Translations under genes and position numbers: made by a program
In this document: positions 63,408 to 64,000 of the stretch, piece after piece
Position numbering within the stretch: position 1 is the first letter of the stretch
Layout of the letters: the number at the start of each line of letters is the position of its first letter
Origin: Narcine bancroftii
Taxonomy: Eukaryota
Assembly (NCBI RefSeq): GCF_036971445.1
Contig: NC_091481.1
Coordinates: forward strand, 64,232,001 to 64,296,000
Reading direction: 5' to 3'
DNA: 64,000 nt
Notes under the pieces: generated by a model
What the model was told of the DNA's origin: nothing
The model's input: the letters and a program-made list of their open reading frames with translations, nothing else
Databases searched by the model: none

Positions 63408-63901
63408 CAGCGCCCTCCTATCTGTGGTTTCGCTTTCCGTGGCTTCAGTAACCATGGTCTGAAAATATTAAATGGAAAATTCCAGAAATAAACAATTCGG
63501 AGGCTTTAAATTGTGCACCATTCTGAGTAGCATGATGAAATCTCACGCTATCCTGCCTTTGATGTGAACCATCCCCCTTTCCAGCTCTATACACTGTGCC
63601 TGCCCATTGGTTACTAAGTAGCCATCTTGGTTATCTGATCAACTGTCGTGGTATCGCAGGGCTTGTGGTCAAGTGACCCTTTTTAAAAAAAAAATTATAA
63701 TTGTTATATTTTATTATTAGTTGTTGTTGATATCTTATTGTGTCTAATTTATAAAATAAACTTTATCGTAGGTGTGTACGTACAGGAAAAAAACATAGTG
63801 TATATGGGGCTCGGTGCTATCCACAGTTTCAGGCATCTACCAGGCGGTGGGGTTCTTGGAACACATCCCCCGCGGATGGGGGGGGTGGGGAGGACCTACT
63901 G
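63408..63901 (+). mobile_element. MER44/Tigger7-like non-autonomous pogo/Tigger transposon
   Basis: TA-flanked CAG...CTACTG. Blocks such as gaaaatattaaatggaaaattccagaaataaacaattc and ggtgctatccacagtttcaggcatc...cttggaacacatcccccgcggat match my recollection of the mammalian MER44 consensus. Confidence 0.8.
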
Positions 63902-64000
63902 TATAACAATTTTAAAAAGGTGTGTGCACGAAGTGAGAGATAGTGTTCTCAGCCCGTCATGAGGGCAATGGCCATCGTCACCCTCATGTGGGCCCTGTTA

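Overview
Vertebrate genomic DNA. The repeat landscape (CR1 and Rex/L2-like LINEs, tRNA-derived V-SINE-type SINEs, Penelope elements) points to a cartilaginous fish, probably a ray. The ORF track is almost all noise, and the real genes are spliced. I reconstructed four genes by hand from GT-AG boundaries and phase continuity. (1) The last exon of a CREC-family EF-hand ER protein (211-315, +); it ends HDEF like calumenin but sits where RCN3 lies in mammals. (2) The complete NOSIP CDS: 8 exons, - strand, 17110 to 4809, 885 nt, 294 aa. (3) The complete PRRG2 CDS: 6 exons, + strand, 23449 to 37164, 597 nt, 198 aa, with signal peptide, Gla domain, TM helix and PY motifs. (4) The first coding exon of PRR12 (46995-47089, +); exon 2 was not found in the window. 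The order matches the human 19q13 block RCN3-NOSIP-PRRG2-PRR12. The rest is mostly decayed transposons, two tandem arrays, a 5S-derived SINE and a 200-N gap. I see no convincing wholly new gene system. The best leads are the calumenin-type paralog at the RCN3 slot, a candidate 11-nt alternative first coding exon of PRR12, a MER44/Tigger7-like transposon resembling the mammalian element, a phased 4x CCAAT array next to NOSIP and an extra PPxY motif in PRRG2. Family assignments rest on recalled sequences, not database searches. TE boundaries are approximate unless a TSD is cited.
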